From contig NC_068986.1 of the NCBI RefSeq assembly GCF_001194135.2, positions 21,407,030-21,466,091 of the forward strand: a stretch of DNA of 59,062 nucleotides, in the 5' to 3' direction. The position numbers and the translations under genes are program-made. The notes under the pieces are model-generated. The model ran no database searches, was not told where the DNA came from, and worked only from the letters and a program-made list of their open reading frames with translations. How positions within the stretch are numbered: the first letter of the stretch is position 1; each line of letters begins with the position of its first letter. Below are positions 11,991 through 25,696 of the stretch, piece by piece. Source of the stretch: Octopus bimaculoides (taxonomy: Eukaryota).

Positions 11991-13707
11991 AATTACCAAA
12001 ATTATCAAAGAATTAGTTCAGTCTACAAATGTCAGACTAACATAACCTGGATGATTAAACAGTACCTAAAATTGATTCTCAGGATATAATGCATGAACAG
12101 TGTTGTGTAGTAAAGTTTTTATTGCTCTGTCATACTGAGAGTAAACTTTTAAATATTCAAAGTGCCAGTTTAATAGTATATTTCTGTGTTTTTACACCTT
12201 TTAATGTCCAAAGTATTTTCATAAATTTGTCCTACATATCCATGCTTGTTTACAAACTTGTAGTCCACTTTTGTTTCATGTGTTCTAAGTTAATATAAAA
12301 CTTTCCTTTCATAAGTCTCAAGTAGGTCTGGTGGTTGAAAGAAATTGAGAAAGTGCAACATACATGATGCATGGATGCCAGGGTAATATGTCCTGTGTAT
12401 CGCATCTGATACATGGGACAGGCAAAGGGTTAAGTAAACCCTGGATGTATAATAATTGTTTCTCAGATTAGTAAATTTATACTCCCATAGATGGCAGACA
12501 ATACTGACCACAATGGATTTTGAACTTAGAATGCAGAGTAGCTGAACACTTTGTGCTACTACATCATTCTATATAAATAATACTTTCTACTATAGGCACA
12601 AGGTCTGAAATTTGGGGGGAAGGAGCCAGTTGATTAGATCATTCCCAGTATGCAACTGGTATTTAATTTAGCGACCCCAAAAGGATGAAGGCAAAGTTGA
12701 CCTCGGTGGAATTTGAACTCAGAACATAAAGGCAAATGAAATACTGCTAAGCATTTTGCCCTGCATGCTAATGATTCTACCAGCTCACCACGTTATTCTA
12801 TATAAATAATAAAAGAGACAGCTATGACCTATGGACAAGTATGGCTTAGTAACATAAACCATGCTCTCAAAAATGGTTTTATGTGTCCGTTGTAATCATA
12901 AGCAGACATGGAGAACCTCTTGGGCTTCCCATCCTTTGACTCAATGACACATCCAAAATGTGACAGCTGAAGAGAGAGAGAGAGAGAGAAGACTGCACCA
13001 GTGCTCAGCTGGTACTCATTTTTAGCTACATAGACTCAAGCAACATAAAATGTGGTGTCCTACTCAAGGTTATAATATACTACCCAGTCCAGGAATTGAA
13101 ACCATGGCATTATGACCATGAGCCAAACACCTTAACCACTAGGCTGTGCACCTTCACAAATAAATGATAGCAATAACAATAAGTTTTTTTTGCTTGTTTG
13201 TTTTTTTTTTTATATAGGTACAAAGCCTCACATTTAAAGCACACACCCCCACCCCAGCAATTACATTATTTTATCGACCTTGGAGGAATGAAAGATAAAG
13301 TTGACCTTGGGAGGATTTGGACTCAGAAAGCAAGGAACCAGGAGAAATCCTGCAAGGCCTTCTTTCCAGAGCTCTAAAGCCTCTGCCAGCTTACCACCCT
13401 TTATAACAGTTTCTGATTTAGGCACAAGGCCAGCAATTTTAAGGAGAAATGCTTAGTCAATACCATTAACTTCGGTACTTGACCGGTACTTTATTTTATT
13501 CTTTTAGTCTTTTACTTGTTTCAGTTATTTGACTGTGGCCATGCTGGAGCACCACTTTTAGTCAAGCAAAACGACCCCAGGACTTATTCTTTGTAAGCCT
13601 AGTACTTATTTTGCTGGTCTCTTAAGTCATGGGGATGTAAACACACCAACATCGGTTGTCAAGCAATGTTGTTGGGGGGACAAACACAGACACAGAAACA
13701 AGTACAC

Positions 13708-13759
<52 letters not shown>

Positions 13760-13766
<7 letters not shown>

Positions 13767-14057
13767 CTGGCACTCCGTCGCTTACGACGTCGAGGGTTCC
13801 AGTTGATCCGATCAATGGGACAGCCTGCTCGTGAAATTAACGTGCAAGTGGCTGAGCACTCCACAGACACGTGTACCCTTAACATAGTTCTCGGGGATAT
13901 TCAGCGTGACACAGTGTGACGAGGCTGACCCTTTGAATTACAGGCACAACAGAAACAGGAAGTAAGAGTGAGAGAAAGTTGTGGTGAGAGAGTACAGCAG
14001 GGTTCGCCACCATCCCCTGCCAGAGCCTCGTGGAGCTTTTAGGTGTTTTCGCTCAAT
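13760..14057 (-). mobile_element. SINE family E2 body (head replaced by family B sequence)
   Basis: 13952-14057 matches 48543-48648, but the 3' half differs and ends gtgccagcaacaac. Sits in the central microsatellite of a family A copy. Confidence 0.7.
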
Positions 14058-14464
14058 TAGATCGACCCCAGTCTGCAACTGGTACTTAATTTATCGACCC
14101 CGAAAGGATGAAAGGCAAAGTCAACCTTGGTGGAATTTGAACTCAGAACGTAAAGACAGACGAAATACCGCTAAGCATTTTGCCCAGTGTGCTAACATTT
14201 CTGCCAGCTCGCTGCCCTACGAATAGCTTAATATTGACATCTTCAATAAGGCAGCGAGCTGGCTGAAATGTTAGCATGCCGGGTGAAATCCTTAGTGGTA
14301 TTTCTTCTGTCTTTATGTTCTGAGTTCAAATTCCACCGAGGTCGACTTCACGTTTCATTCTTTCAGGGTCAACAAATTAAGTACCAATTGTGTACTGGGG
14401 TCGATCTAATCGACTGGCCCTCTCCCCCAAAATTTCGGGCCTTGTGCCTAGAGTACAAAAGAAT
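14058..14464. mobile_element. Head-to-head pair of family B SINEs (14058-14217 minus; 14248-14464 plus)
   Basis: Both carry (a)ggcagcgagctggc.gaaatgttagca; the plus copy is flanked by similar ttgacatcttcaa sequences. Confidence 0.85.
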
Positions 14465-14876
14465 GTTGACATCTTCAAGAATATTCTGGACAAAGAGGGA
14501 ATATATTGTCAAAGACAACAGTTCAGTGAGTGGGCAGAAGAGAAAGAATTACTCTATTTCAATTGTAATATTTTTCTCTGATACATTTTCATCTAATTAA
14601 TTATTAAATTCACAAATAATTACTAGTTTTAAATATTATTATCTCCCAACATGTTGATTAAACTACTGTCAGTTATGCAGTTCAATGAGGTCAGATAGAG
14701 GCACTGGAGAGGAGCTTGTAGAACATTGGAGAAACTCTAAGAAGTTTGGAGACCACTGAAAAATGTCATTATATGCTGCTGACAAAATAATTTTAGAAGT
14801 TGGCAGACAGAAACTGAAATTAAATACATATGTACACATGTGTGTTTGTGTAGATGTATGTATGTATGTATGTATG

Positions 14877-15042
14877 CAGGGCCGGCCCTGGGGTTGCTGG
14901 CACCCAAGGTAAGCTGAACTTCAGCGTGTACAAGCTGACGGTCGTGGAAATTTCCTTGTGTTTGTCACGTCCTGCTTGGCGCTCTCTGGTACATGGCGCT
15001 CCGGGCAACAGCCCGAGTTGCCGGTTCCTTGAACCGGCTCTG
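14877..15042. mobile_element. hAT-type MITE, GC-rich
   Basis: TIRs cagggccgg / ccggctctg, with the 8-mer tatgtatg on both sides (within a TATG microsatellite). Confidence 0.75.
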
Positions 15043-16873
15043 TATGTATGTATGTGTACATATATNNNNNNNNNNNNNNNNNNNNNNNNNNNNNNNNNNN
15101 NNNNNNNNNNNNNNNNNNNNNNNNNNNNNNNNNNNNNNNNNNNNNNNNNNNNNNNNNNNNNNNNNNNNNNNNNNNNNNNNNNNNNNNNNNNNNNNNNNNN
15201 NNNNNNNNNNNNNNNNNNNNNNNNNNNNNNNNNNNNNNNNNNNNNNNNNNNNNNNNNNNNNNNNNNNNNNNNNNNNNNNNNNNNNNNNNNNNNNNNNNNN
15301 NNNNNNNNNNNNNNNNNNNNNNNNNNNNNNNNNNNNNNNNNNNNNNNNNNNNNNNNNNNNNNNNNNNNNNNNNNNNNNNNNNNNNNNNNNNNNNNNNNNN
15401 NNNNNNNNNNNNNNNNNNNNNNNNNNNNNNNNNNNNNNNNNNNNNNNNNNNNNNNNNNNNNNNNNNNNNNNNNNNNNNNNNNNNNNNNNNNNNNNNNNNN
15501 NNNNNNNNNNNNNNNNNNNNNNNNNNNNNNNNNNNNNNNNNNNNNNNNNNNNNNNNNNNNNNNNNNNNNNNNNNNNNNNNNNNNNNNNNNNNNNNNNNNN
15601 NNNNNNNNNAAAAATTGCTACGAGTGCATCCGCCAGGAAGAGGAAAACCCCCGAACGAAGTAATCAACGCTAATCACAGGGAAGTGGTTTTAGTCACAAT
15701 TTTAGCTTAATGTTAAATGTATTTGATCTCAATTTGTGATGGGGGGGGGGGGAAGACAACAGGAAAAAATAAACCCTATAACATTGATGACACTTGAATG
15801 ATTAATAAAAGAACGTATTTAATCCTGAACTTTAATAACATAGATTTCTTTCTTTTATAAAATTAAAATAAATATTTTTTGAACTGATAAAATATTAACA
15901 AACGTCTGGATATGACATCGACTCACTGGACAGCTGCCTGAGGTTAGTGGTTTGGGGGTTTAAGGCTATAATCTTTGTATGTACAGACGTTGTTACTAAA
16001 TGTGTACTGTAGCTCCCAGTGCCTTGTTTTACCCGTGGGACTTATACTGATGCTTGCTATAAGACGGCTCTGCTTATACTTAAATTAAAATTATATTTTG
16101 GTAATTTAAAATTATTCGAGGAGGTGGGTGGAAGGTGATATCTGATTTCTATTAGATGAAATGTTTGGGAAATTTATTAAATGACAATAAGTTTAGCTGG
16201 TGTCTGTTGGTGGCTTGGTTGGTGTCGTTCTTGAGTTGAACGTTTAGTTGATAATAATTAATTGATTAATCACTGAATGGCGAAAATAAATATACGCTAA
16301 ATCTATTCACGTGTCTCTACACTAAATATGAATAAGGTTGATAGCTCACCTAAGTATGATATAAAAATGTCTAATTTCGTGATGTTAGAACGATGTATTT
16401 GAAGAAGAAATTTTTGTTGTGGATTATGTTTTGCTTGAAAACAGCAAGTACCAAGACACGTGGAGTGAGATCTAATTGCGTAAAGTAGGTGACATAAGAT
16501 TAAATTTAAGTTAGAAGCAGAATTAGTCGTGCATATGAAGCAGCAGCAGTGAATTTCGTTTTCTTCATTTTCAACTTTTCTTAAATAGAAAAGTAGAAAA
16601 TATAGAATAAAATAAATGAAGACCAAGCAGATGATAACAAAAGGAGTTGTGTAATTCCCAGAAGGCTAAAAGTACGCCCACACATACATATAGCAAGCGT
16701 ACACACACACATGCATACATACATACATACACAACCGTTTTAACATCCACTTTTCACTGCTTGCATGGGTCGGACAGAAACATAATACATACATATATAT
16801 ATATCTACTAGGTCTTAGTAGACACAACATGTGATCTATTTCTAGCATATTAAATGTCCACCTTACTGGTCAA

Positions 16874-16904
<31 letters not shown>

Positions 16905-17296
16905 NNNNNNNNNNNNNNNNNNNNNNNNNNNNNNNNNNNNNNNNNNNNNNNNNNNNNNNNNNNNNNNNNNNNNNNNNNNNNNNNNNNNNNNNNNNNNNNN
17001 NNNNNNNNNNNNNNNNNNNNNNNNNNNNNNNNNNNNNNNNNNNNNNNNNNNNNNNNNNNNNNNNNNNNNNNNNNNNNNNNNNNNNNNNNNNNNNNNNNNN
17101 NNNNNNNNNNNNNNNNNNNNNNNNNNNNNNNNNNNNNNNNNNNNNNNNNNNNNNNNNNNNNNNNNNNNNNNNNNNNNNNNNNNNNNNNNNNNNNNNNNNN
17201 NNNNNNNNNNNNNNNNNNNNNNNNNNNNNNNNNNNNNNNNNNNNNNNNNNNNNNNNNNNNNNNNNNNNNNNNNNNNNNNNNNNNNNNNNNNNNNNN

Positions 17297-17336
<40 letters not shown>

Positions 17337-18988
17337 CAAAGGATATATAAGCATGTATACACACATATATGTACATATATACATCTACATGTGTATATTG
17401 ATGCATATTCGGGTACAGGACGTATAAATATATGTGTGTATATATGTATATATACATATATGTGTGTGTCTGTGTGTGTGTGTGTATTACACGGAAGCTA
17501 GTAATAGATGGATCCATGATGTGCAGTTACTGGGGGAAGGTAGTCTAAGCTAGCTAAAGACATTACATCAAAATGTTGGTCAATAGGCAGAGAACGGCTA
17601 AGAAGATTAGTTTACACTTTAAAAAGATAACGCAAAGCAAGTGTCAGTGACGGAAAAAGCCAAGAGAGGTGCTACTATATTTGTTATAATAGACAGAACG
17701 AAGCTTTTAAGCTTCTTATTTTTGACATAAGCTTTATTTTTGTAGGAAAAGTGATATTGTAACCTAACTAAACATTTTGAGGCAGTTCTAATAAATATTA
17801 AAAATATTATGTACGTACCCGCGCGTATGTGTGTTTGTGTGTGTGTTTGTGTATAGTGGGTTGTTTCGTTATTAATGGGATCAACAAAACTATTCTATCT
17901 AGAGATGTATGTATGTATGTATGTATGTATGTAGTTGGCTAATAAGTTATCATTAAGAAAAAATAGGCACTCGTATATTAAGGCAAAAGAATGGGTATAA
18001 TAATAATAATAATAATGTATGCATGCATGCATGTTGTGCCCTTTCTAGTCTTATGTAACACAGAAAGTAGCATTTCCCCCCACTTTTTTTTTTTCGTTTA
18101 TTTATTTATGAATGAACAAAATTAGTTATATGTAACTGAATACCAAGTTTATGTTAAATATAATAGCCTGCAATTTCTGTTGGCATTTTAGTTATACCGC
18201 CAAATTAGTACATAACAGAAGGAACTGAGTTAGTATGTGAAAGTTAAATTGCAACCAACATCGAAATCAGAGCGTCGAAGTCCTGCTACTGTCTGAGCTA
18301 TTGGTGCCACGACCAAGACAATGACAATGATGAAACTACACCAGATTCCCTTTCCAATGAGTTGTTTAATCTGCTTGTCTTTGTTTGCGAACCAACACAA
18401 ATGCATTTTGAGTATTTTATATCTAGATAGATATATATATTTGCTTTATCAATGGATCTAAAGATATTCTTCTGAGACAATAATTATATTTCCTTCTACA
18501 GTGTTATAGATGTCTATAGGAAAGAATCTTCCGCGTCTCCGAGTAAAAGACAAATGCAGGAGATAAGTGGTGTCGTGAGAATGGTGCTAGAGATAGATGT
18601 ATGCAACGTATAACTAATAAAGGCAATACAATCATCTATCGGAGAAAGGACCATTGACGAGATGTCAAGCAGCAGCTGTGAAGGAGATGACATCTCCGCA
18701 AATTGCCTAACAACAGAGCGGAGAGGGAACAAAAAAAATCAATACTGCTAACACGTGTAAAAAAGGAAAAAAAAAAAAAAAAAGAAATCGAATATTGTTT
18801 TCGTTATTGTTTGAAGCAAAAGAGATTTTGAGGATTTCCCTTTTTTCATACATTGACATGAAATTAAATTCAATTAAAACACTAGATAGGAGGAAGAGCT
18901 AGAGGTAGCGAGAGATAAAGGGTGGAGAAAGACAAGAGAAAAAAATATCGATGATCGAACTGTATAAATGGAATGAAGCAAGACTTAC

Positions 18989-19155
18989 TTCTTAAATGTT
19001 TTTTCCAAATCCTTGATTTCTTTCCTGGAAAATTCTTTAAATTCCGTGTAAGGATTGAAAACTTTGGCCGTTGCCTGTACAGTCTCACCAGCCTCAAGAG
19101 CATCACTAATATTGATGCGGCGAGTTAGCAGAGTGGCCAACTCGTCTGTAGCCAT
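18989..19155 (-). CDS. EFHD2: First coding exon (copy A) of an EF-hand domain-containing protein D (swiprosin-1 / EFHD1-2 family); partial CDS
   Basis: Translation MATDELATLLTRRINISDALEAGETVQATAKVFNPYTEFKEFSRKEIKDLEKTFK+AA, then a GTAAGT donor (18988-18983); start context aatcATGG. Matches the human EFHD2 N-terminus as I recall it (MATDELATKLSRR...VFNPYTEFKEFSRKQIKDMEKMFKQ), with the intron just before EF-hand 1. Confidence 0.93.
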
Positions 19156-19281
19156 GATTATGAATGATGATGTTAGACAGACAAATTAAAATCAAATTGA
19201 ACTTATGTGAAATACCTAAGTGGTATGGTTGTTGTCGTCGTATATCCCAGAAAGTAAAGTAGAAAGAAATCCGCTGCGTCT

Positions 19282-19620
19282 GAAAGCGAGTTACTTATTC
19301 CTTCTATGTGTTGTCACGCTACTTGATATTAACATTATTGTTGTCAGAGAGGCAACTCCTCGTTGCTAAAAGAACCAATAAATCTTTCTCTATTATAGCA
19401 AGAATTAACGTTACCAATTAAATCTTTCTCTCTCTTTCTTACAGCCTTTCTAGTCTCTGTTCCACACTGGTCTACTACACAAGGTTGTTTCTCTTTCTAT
19501 TTCGCTCGCCCGCGCGTTTTCTTTCTCCCTTCTTCTCTCACTCTTTCTCACTTTCTCTCTCCATCCCTCCCACCCTCTCTATGTTTCACTTTACTTCTTT
19601 GTTTACCCCCTCCCCTCTTC
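19282..19620 (-). promoter_or_regulatory. Putative 5'UTR/promoter of EFHD2 exon 1A: conserved ~80-nt block plus GA/CT-rich tract
   Basis: 19282-19360 aligns with 40057-40137 upstream of copy B (gaaagcga.ttactt / cac.ctactt.atattaa / agaggcaactcct). A CT-rich tract follows at about 19420-19620. Confidence 0.55.
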
Positions 19621-21394
19621 CATCAATATACTATATATACCATATTTCTATCTAGCACGAGCGTGCAACTCTATTTAGTCTGTAGTCGCAGCCACTTTTG
19701 TAATGAAAGATTCACTGTGCAGATAAAATGACAAGAACGAACAAAAGTAAACACAGCTAGCTAAGGTTGATCCGAGATGATTGTCTTTATTCATTCATTA
19801 TAAACGTATGTATGTTCGATAACTATTCAATTGTCTTCATCATGAAGCTGTGGGCGAAGAAAAGGAAGAATTTTGATGGTGATGACGTCATCACCTCCAA
19901 TAACGCATATCTACTACTTCATGCCAGTGTTACATCTCTTTACGGTAGGCATCATGTGTTATAGAAATAGATGGGCTTTTTACAGTTTTCTTTTGTTAAG
20001 AGGATTGAAGAGTCGTAGTTTGGGAGATAAGGATATAGAATAAAACGGTTTGGCAAAAAATACACCTCAAAGTTTCAAAATAAAGTTTTCTTTTTCTTCA
20101 CTTTTTTTTGAAAAAAATTCTTCAAATTGCAGACCATAAATGTCCTGGAATTAAGATAAATTCTTAGATATCTATAGAGCATTATGTTGATATTTTAATA
20201 CATTTGTGTTTCTGTAAATAGAAAATTCTTCGTTTATTGTATTTATCTGCATAATTTTTATGATTTAACATTAATCAGAGATGTGAAACCCCGCAGCTTT
20301 TTCGGGCCTTGTTAGGTTCGAGTAAAGGACGAATGATTAAAACGGTTAATGTTCAATTTGGTAAGTGGTTAAAGGGAAAGAGAAACGTATGTAAAGCGGG
20401 ATTCCATACAGTACTGAATGGTACTGGATGTGTTTGTGCAGGTGTGAATGAAGTGCTAAGTGCCTGGGCGATAAACCAGAAGAAATAGCTCCAAAGTTAA
20501 CAGCTTGTAAATATTAGTGCTAATTAAGGGCCTGGTTCTAAGAAAACAGATTTTGAAAATCTTAGCAAAGATAGCTACTTGTTCTTATTACATGCCATAG
20601 TAATCACCGTCGAAAGGACATTCACCTTTAAGATTCAGGCCAATAGAAAAATCGATAATTGATGTAATAACAAGCATGATTTTACATCTTCAGTGAATCT
20701 CTGAACGACTTTTTATTTTTGTTTATTTCTACAAGATGTAAAATAAACCAATATAAATTAAAACGAATAAAATGAGAACTAAATATTGTACATTAGATAT
20801 TCAGATAATTAATGGAAAGGTGATATATTTAAAATATGTCAGCTAAAATATATTCAACAAAATACCAGATAGGCACAGTGTGTGCATGTTTGTGCATATG
20901 CACACACACACATAAATATATATACATACATATACATATATATGTATGTATGTATGTATGTATATATGTATGTATATACACATATCTTTTTCTTCTGTAT
21001 GTGTGTGTGGGTGTGTATATATATATATATATATATATAAATATATATATATACATACATACATACATACTTACATACATACATACATACGAACCCACAT
21101 AACAAATCTGGCTTTAGTGTAAATCATTCGTTTTATGAGACCACTTAAAAGAAGGTGTATATATGCTATATAATATATTTCAATTATATGGTTTTGAGTT
21201 TTAAAGTTGCATGGCTTGGTTAAAGTAGCAGGGGTCAAAGCTCATATGCAGGTATGTATGTTAGTGTTGTCTCTTAGGGTGTGTAGTGGATTAAACTAGA
21301 TTACTTTCATTTTCCTGCTTCAACTATGCTGTGGTGCGCGTATGGTATCATATTCACATGAATACAAGTATTTATCTGTATCTGATCATATTTG

Positions 21395-21474
<80 letters not shown>

Positions 21475-21669
21475 CTATCTATTTATCCATTGACTCAATC
21501 AGGAATCGTTATACTTATTTGTCTATCTTTATATTTTTACATAAGGCCATCTATTGTCCATTTAGAAAATAGGTCTGCACAGAGACGATGGTCTGATCAT
21601 GATCGGATCTTTATTAGACTTACCCTAATAAGGGTCATAAACGAGTTGTAGGCACGCTTAGATAATTCC

Positions 21670-22666
21670 AAAACTCACAGTAAATTCTAATATGAAGAGT
21701 ATCAATTTCCTGGATATGACTTTATACCCAAAATACAAGTAAATATCTTCCTTTCATAAAAGCAATGAAAAGCTCCCATATTTAAATAAACTATCTAACC
21801 ACGACCCTTTAGTCTTTAAAAAAAAAACTAGTAAGCAACATTAGTAGATGTTCATCTTGTTCAATGAAGAGGCCTTCAATACTGCCTTTTATTGTTACAA
21901 CGCGTTAACAGAGAGTGGTTTTAAAAACAAAATACAATACATGCAAAGTACCAATAATGGTTTCAAATTTTGGCACAAGGTCAGCAATTTCGGGGAGGGA
22001 TTTAGTCGACTATATCGATCCCAATGACCAACTGGTATTTTTTTTTTTTATCGACCCCGAAAAGATGAAAGACAAGGTCGATCTCGACGGGATTTTAACT
22101 CAGAACGTAAGGACGGACGAAATGCTGTTAAGCATTTTGCCCGGCGTGCTAACGATTCTGTCAGCCTAATACATAGCCACTTCCCTAACACACACAGGCT
22201 TAAACAAAAGTGCAGTAACGGCTGTAGTTACACTGAAAATCTCGCCATTTCAGTATCAAAGGTTAATAAAAGAAATCGCACAAACACACAAGCAAAATCA
22301 CGTATAAAAATATAAAGGCCTGAACCCTTCATCAAAGTTTGTTCACGTGATGACTAAACAGAAATTATATCGGGTCTTACAACCAATTCATTTAAAAGCA
22401 ACAAAACGCATCATTCGTTCTCCTTTTGTCCCAAAATACTGAAACACAGGGTCACTGGCTAAATACAATTGGGTTTTAAAGATAAAATGAAAAAGATATT
22501 ACAGTATATTAGTCAGTCATTGAAAATTTCACCTCGCACATCAATGTATCCCAATAGTTGTCATCTTGATCTTTAATATCTTAATAAAGGATACAATAAA
22601 CTACTGAATAAAGAATCTCAGCTCATCTCAAAGTGCCGACATGAAGATCAATACCGCTTGAGATAA
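21670..22666 (+). mobile_element. Degenerate Penelope-like element (RT through GIY-YIG C-terminus), interrupted by a SINE at about 21955-22170
   Basis: KLTVNSNMKSINFLDMTL and HKSNEKLPYLNKLSNHDP (RT region, with frameshifts). YNKLLNKESQLISKCRHEDQYRLR* at 22592-22666 matches the LLNKRSELISKCRH-type PLE C-terminus. Confidence 0.85.
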
Positions 22667-22959
22667 TTCCATCTAGAGACAGAAAAATCGCTGGATCTGT
22701 GCGAATCAATCATCAACGTCAAAACGTTTTACTCTAACACTACAAAAAAATCAACTAAAACCCGTTACAAAACATCTATGATGCTATCGTTGCATCGTTC
22801 TATTCGCCAAAATTATTTTTCATTTTTACGAGGACCCCAGCAAAAGTAATGTAAAAGTGAATTTTTTTTATTAACCGAGATAGGTCGTTCAAATTATACA
22901 TATCGGTAGAGTCACTCTTCTTCTATAGTAACTACTTTTCCCATTCTTCATTGCAGATA

Positions 22960-23947
22960 AATGATAGGTTCCAAGTAGAGGTAACGAGCTGTCATTGATT
23001 TCTTCATGAAGAAAAGGCTGCAGACCGTCTGATATCCAAAGAGGACAATGAAAGGCACAGGCGGTTGTTTACGGAGATACAACAATGTGCACAGATGAAT
23101 GAAGAAGTTTAAGGAAAGAAGTACAACACTGAATATATAACGAGCTGTGGGAAACGATCAGCTGCGACCACTGACACAAATCGCTAGTGAATTGACGAAC
23201 CATAATCCGTGACCTTGCTGCACAATTGGACAGTGGTCACAATGCATTACAGAAGATGGTAGAAGATTTTGGTTATCGGAAAGTGTGTGCAAAGTCGGTA
23301 CCTCTGCAACTGACACCCAATTTGATAGCGGGGAGGATGGAAGTCTGCTGATCTACTGGAAGCGTTTGAAACCAATGAAAACGCGACCACACTGGTCGTA
23401 TCTCTAAGGTCCGGAAACAAAAACTCAGCCCATGGGATAGCGTCACGTCTCTTCTCTAAAGTATAAGACGTTCAAGAACCAGCGATCATAATAACTGTTT
23501 TGAAATGACATCGGCGTCATTCTCTTCGATGTTCTGATATGTTACTGCACCGTAAACAGCGAGCTGTACATTGAGACAGTCAAAAAGCTTACAGAGAGAA
23601 GCTATAAGGAAGAATAGATCGAACAAGAATCTAAAAACAATTCAAATTCACCATGATAACACGCGACCGCAGGCATTCTTTTGTAGCAATTCGGGCAATC
23701 GGCAGATTGGCCAGTCAGCGGTTTACCATCCACCGTAAAAGCCTGGATCTCTGGTCTCTGACTTCCACCTGTCCAGTTTAATGTACAACAGTTTTCGGAG
23801 ACGACAATTTGATGGCTCAGACGAGGTGACAGTGGCTGTGAAAAAGCGGATACAACAACGCAAACCAGAATTTCTCGAAGAGGATTCGCCGGCTGGTTTC
23901 AACTTTGGCGCAAATGAATCGCTTGTGATGGAGACTATGGTGAATAG
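22960..23947 (+). mobile_element. Decayed mariner transposase (pseudogene)
   Basis: GYRKVCAKSVPLQLT (23271), HHDNTRP (23649), HPP* followed by frameshifted DL..SDFHL (23727-23775), DGDYGE* (23927-23947): the mariner WVPHEL/HDNARPH/YSPDLAP motifs, with stops and frameshifts. Confidence 0.9.
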
Positions 23948-25696
23948 TTCCATTGTATAAAGGAAGAGTTACTCTACCAACAAGCGCAATATGAACGACC
24001 GCTATCATGGTTAATAAAAAAATTTAAAAAGGCCCACTTTTGCATTTATTTTCAACAAAACGCACGTGCTATACACGCGCGCGCGCACACAAACACACAC
24101 ATGTATGTATGTATATTAAATGTTAATGGTTTCACGATTATAAGATCACGAGTTCGATCCCCCAGTATGACACCTTGGACGACTGCCTTTCGTCAGAAAT
24201 TCTACACTCGGGATTTGGAAGAGAATTGTTTGGAAGTCCGTCGGACAGATAGTAGCTGTAATTCTATTTTATTCTCATTCTTACTCTTGCTCGTATATTT
24301 TCTATTTACTTTTAATGGTATTCCTTCGGTATTGGTCTGGAAAGTGTCGGTATGAGGAGACAACGGCATTCACCCTCTTTTTCAGCCTAGCCTCTTTGTG
24401 TCATGAAGGAAGGTTGTGCGGGTGAATGACATCGTGTACTAATGTCGAAGGATTGCCTTTTTAATTTTATTCTTTTCGTTTTCTGCTGCAGTTTTCTTTT
24501 CATTTTCATCCTATTTTATTCCGTTATTTCTCTTTAATTTTTAAAAACAATTCTTCCCTAATTTTTTTATTGACATGCGTCACGATCCCAAGCATAAAAT
24601 AGACAGAGAGATGCAGATGGATGAATAGACACAGACATAAGTGAGCGAAAAGATATATACATAAATGTAATGGATGTATATATATATATAGATGTATATA
24701 GACAGGCAGATGGAAGTGTGGTGGATAAATCCACGGTCACATAGATATGTGGACGGAACGATGGAAGGATAAACAGATATAGTGAGTGGTGGACAAATAC
24801 AAAGAAAAATTGACAGCTGCATAAAAATAGATTGACAGATGGATGAATGGATAAATACGCGCGTATTTGTGAGGGCGATTGGAGTCGCGTATGTGTGCTG
24901 TTGTGTGTATGTGTATGTGTGAATGCATGTGTATAAATATGTACGTATGAATGTGAATATAAATTTGGGTATATATATGTATGCGTGTGTGTGTATGTAT
25001 GTATATATATATATATATNNNNNNNNNNNNNNNNNNNNNNNNNNNNNNNNNNNNNNNNNNNNNNNNNNNNNNNNNNNNNNNNNNNNNNNNNNNNNNNNNN
25101 NNNNNNNNNNNNNNNNNNNNNNNNNNNNNNNNNNNNNNNNNNNNNNNNNNNNNNNNNNNNNNNNNNNNNNNNNNNNNNNNNNNNNNNNNNNNNNNNNNNN
25201 NNNNNNNNNNNNNNNNNNNNNNNNNNNNNNNNNNNNNNNNNNNNNNNNNNNNNNNNNNNNNNNNNNNNNNNNNNNNNNNNNNNNNNNNNNNNNNNNNNNN
25301 NNNNNNNNNNNNNNNNNNNNNNNNNNNNNNNNNNNNNNNNNNNNNNNNNNNNNNNNTATATATATAAATATATATATATGGATCTTTCAGAATTGACGGG
25401 CACCACTACATACATACATACACGTCGATGTATATCTATGTGCGTGCATAGTTCTGGATAGGTAGGATACAGACAAGCGCGCGCGCATACAGACACACAG
25501 GCATATCGATATGTGTGTGTGTTAAACGTGTGGGAGTTGTATGTGTGCATGTGTGTGTATGAGAGCATGTAAATGTAGATATACATGCATTCGGACATGC
25601 ATGTATATGTATACATATACGGAATGGATATATGTAAGCGTGCGCGCGTGAGTATATAGGCACGTGAGTGTATGCATTTGAGTAGGGGTGGGGTCG

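Noticed and set aside
15642-15651. NF-kB-like site GGGGTTTTCC (minus), and scattered CACGTG E-boxes at 16308-18757
   Set aside because: Single short motifs expected by chance; CACGTG is common throughout the CpG-retaining domain.
18250-18740. Complex, CpG-containing sequence with open frames on both strands just downstream of exon 1A
   Set aside because: No EF-hand or other recognisable motif and no convincing acceptor/donor pair; more likely intronic regulatory DNA.
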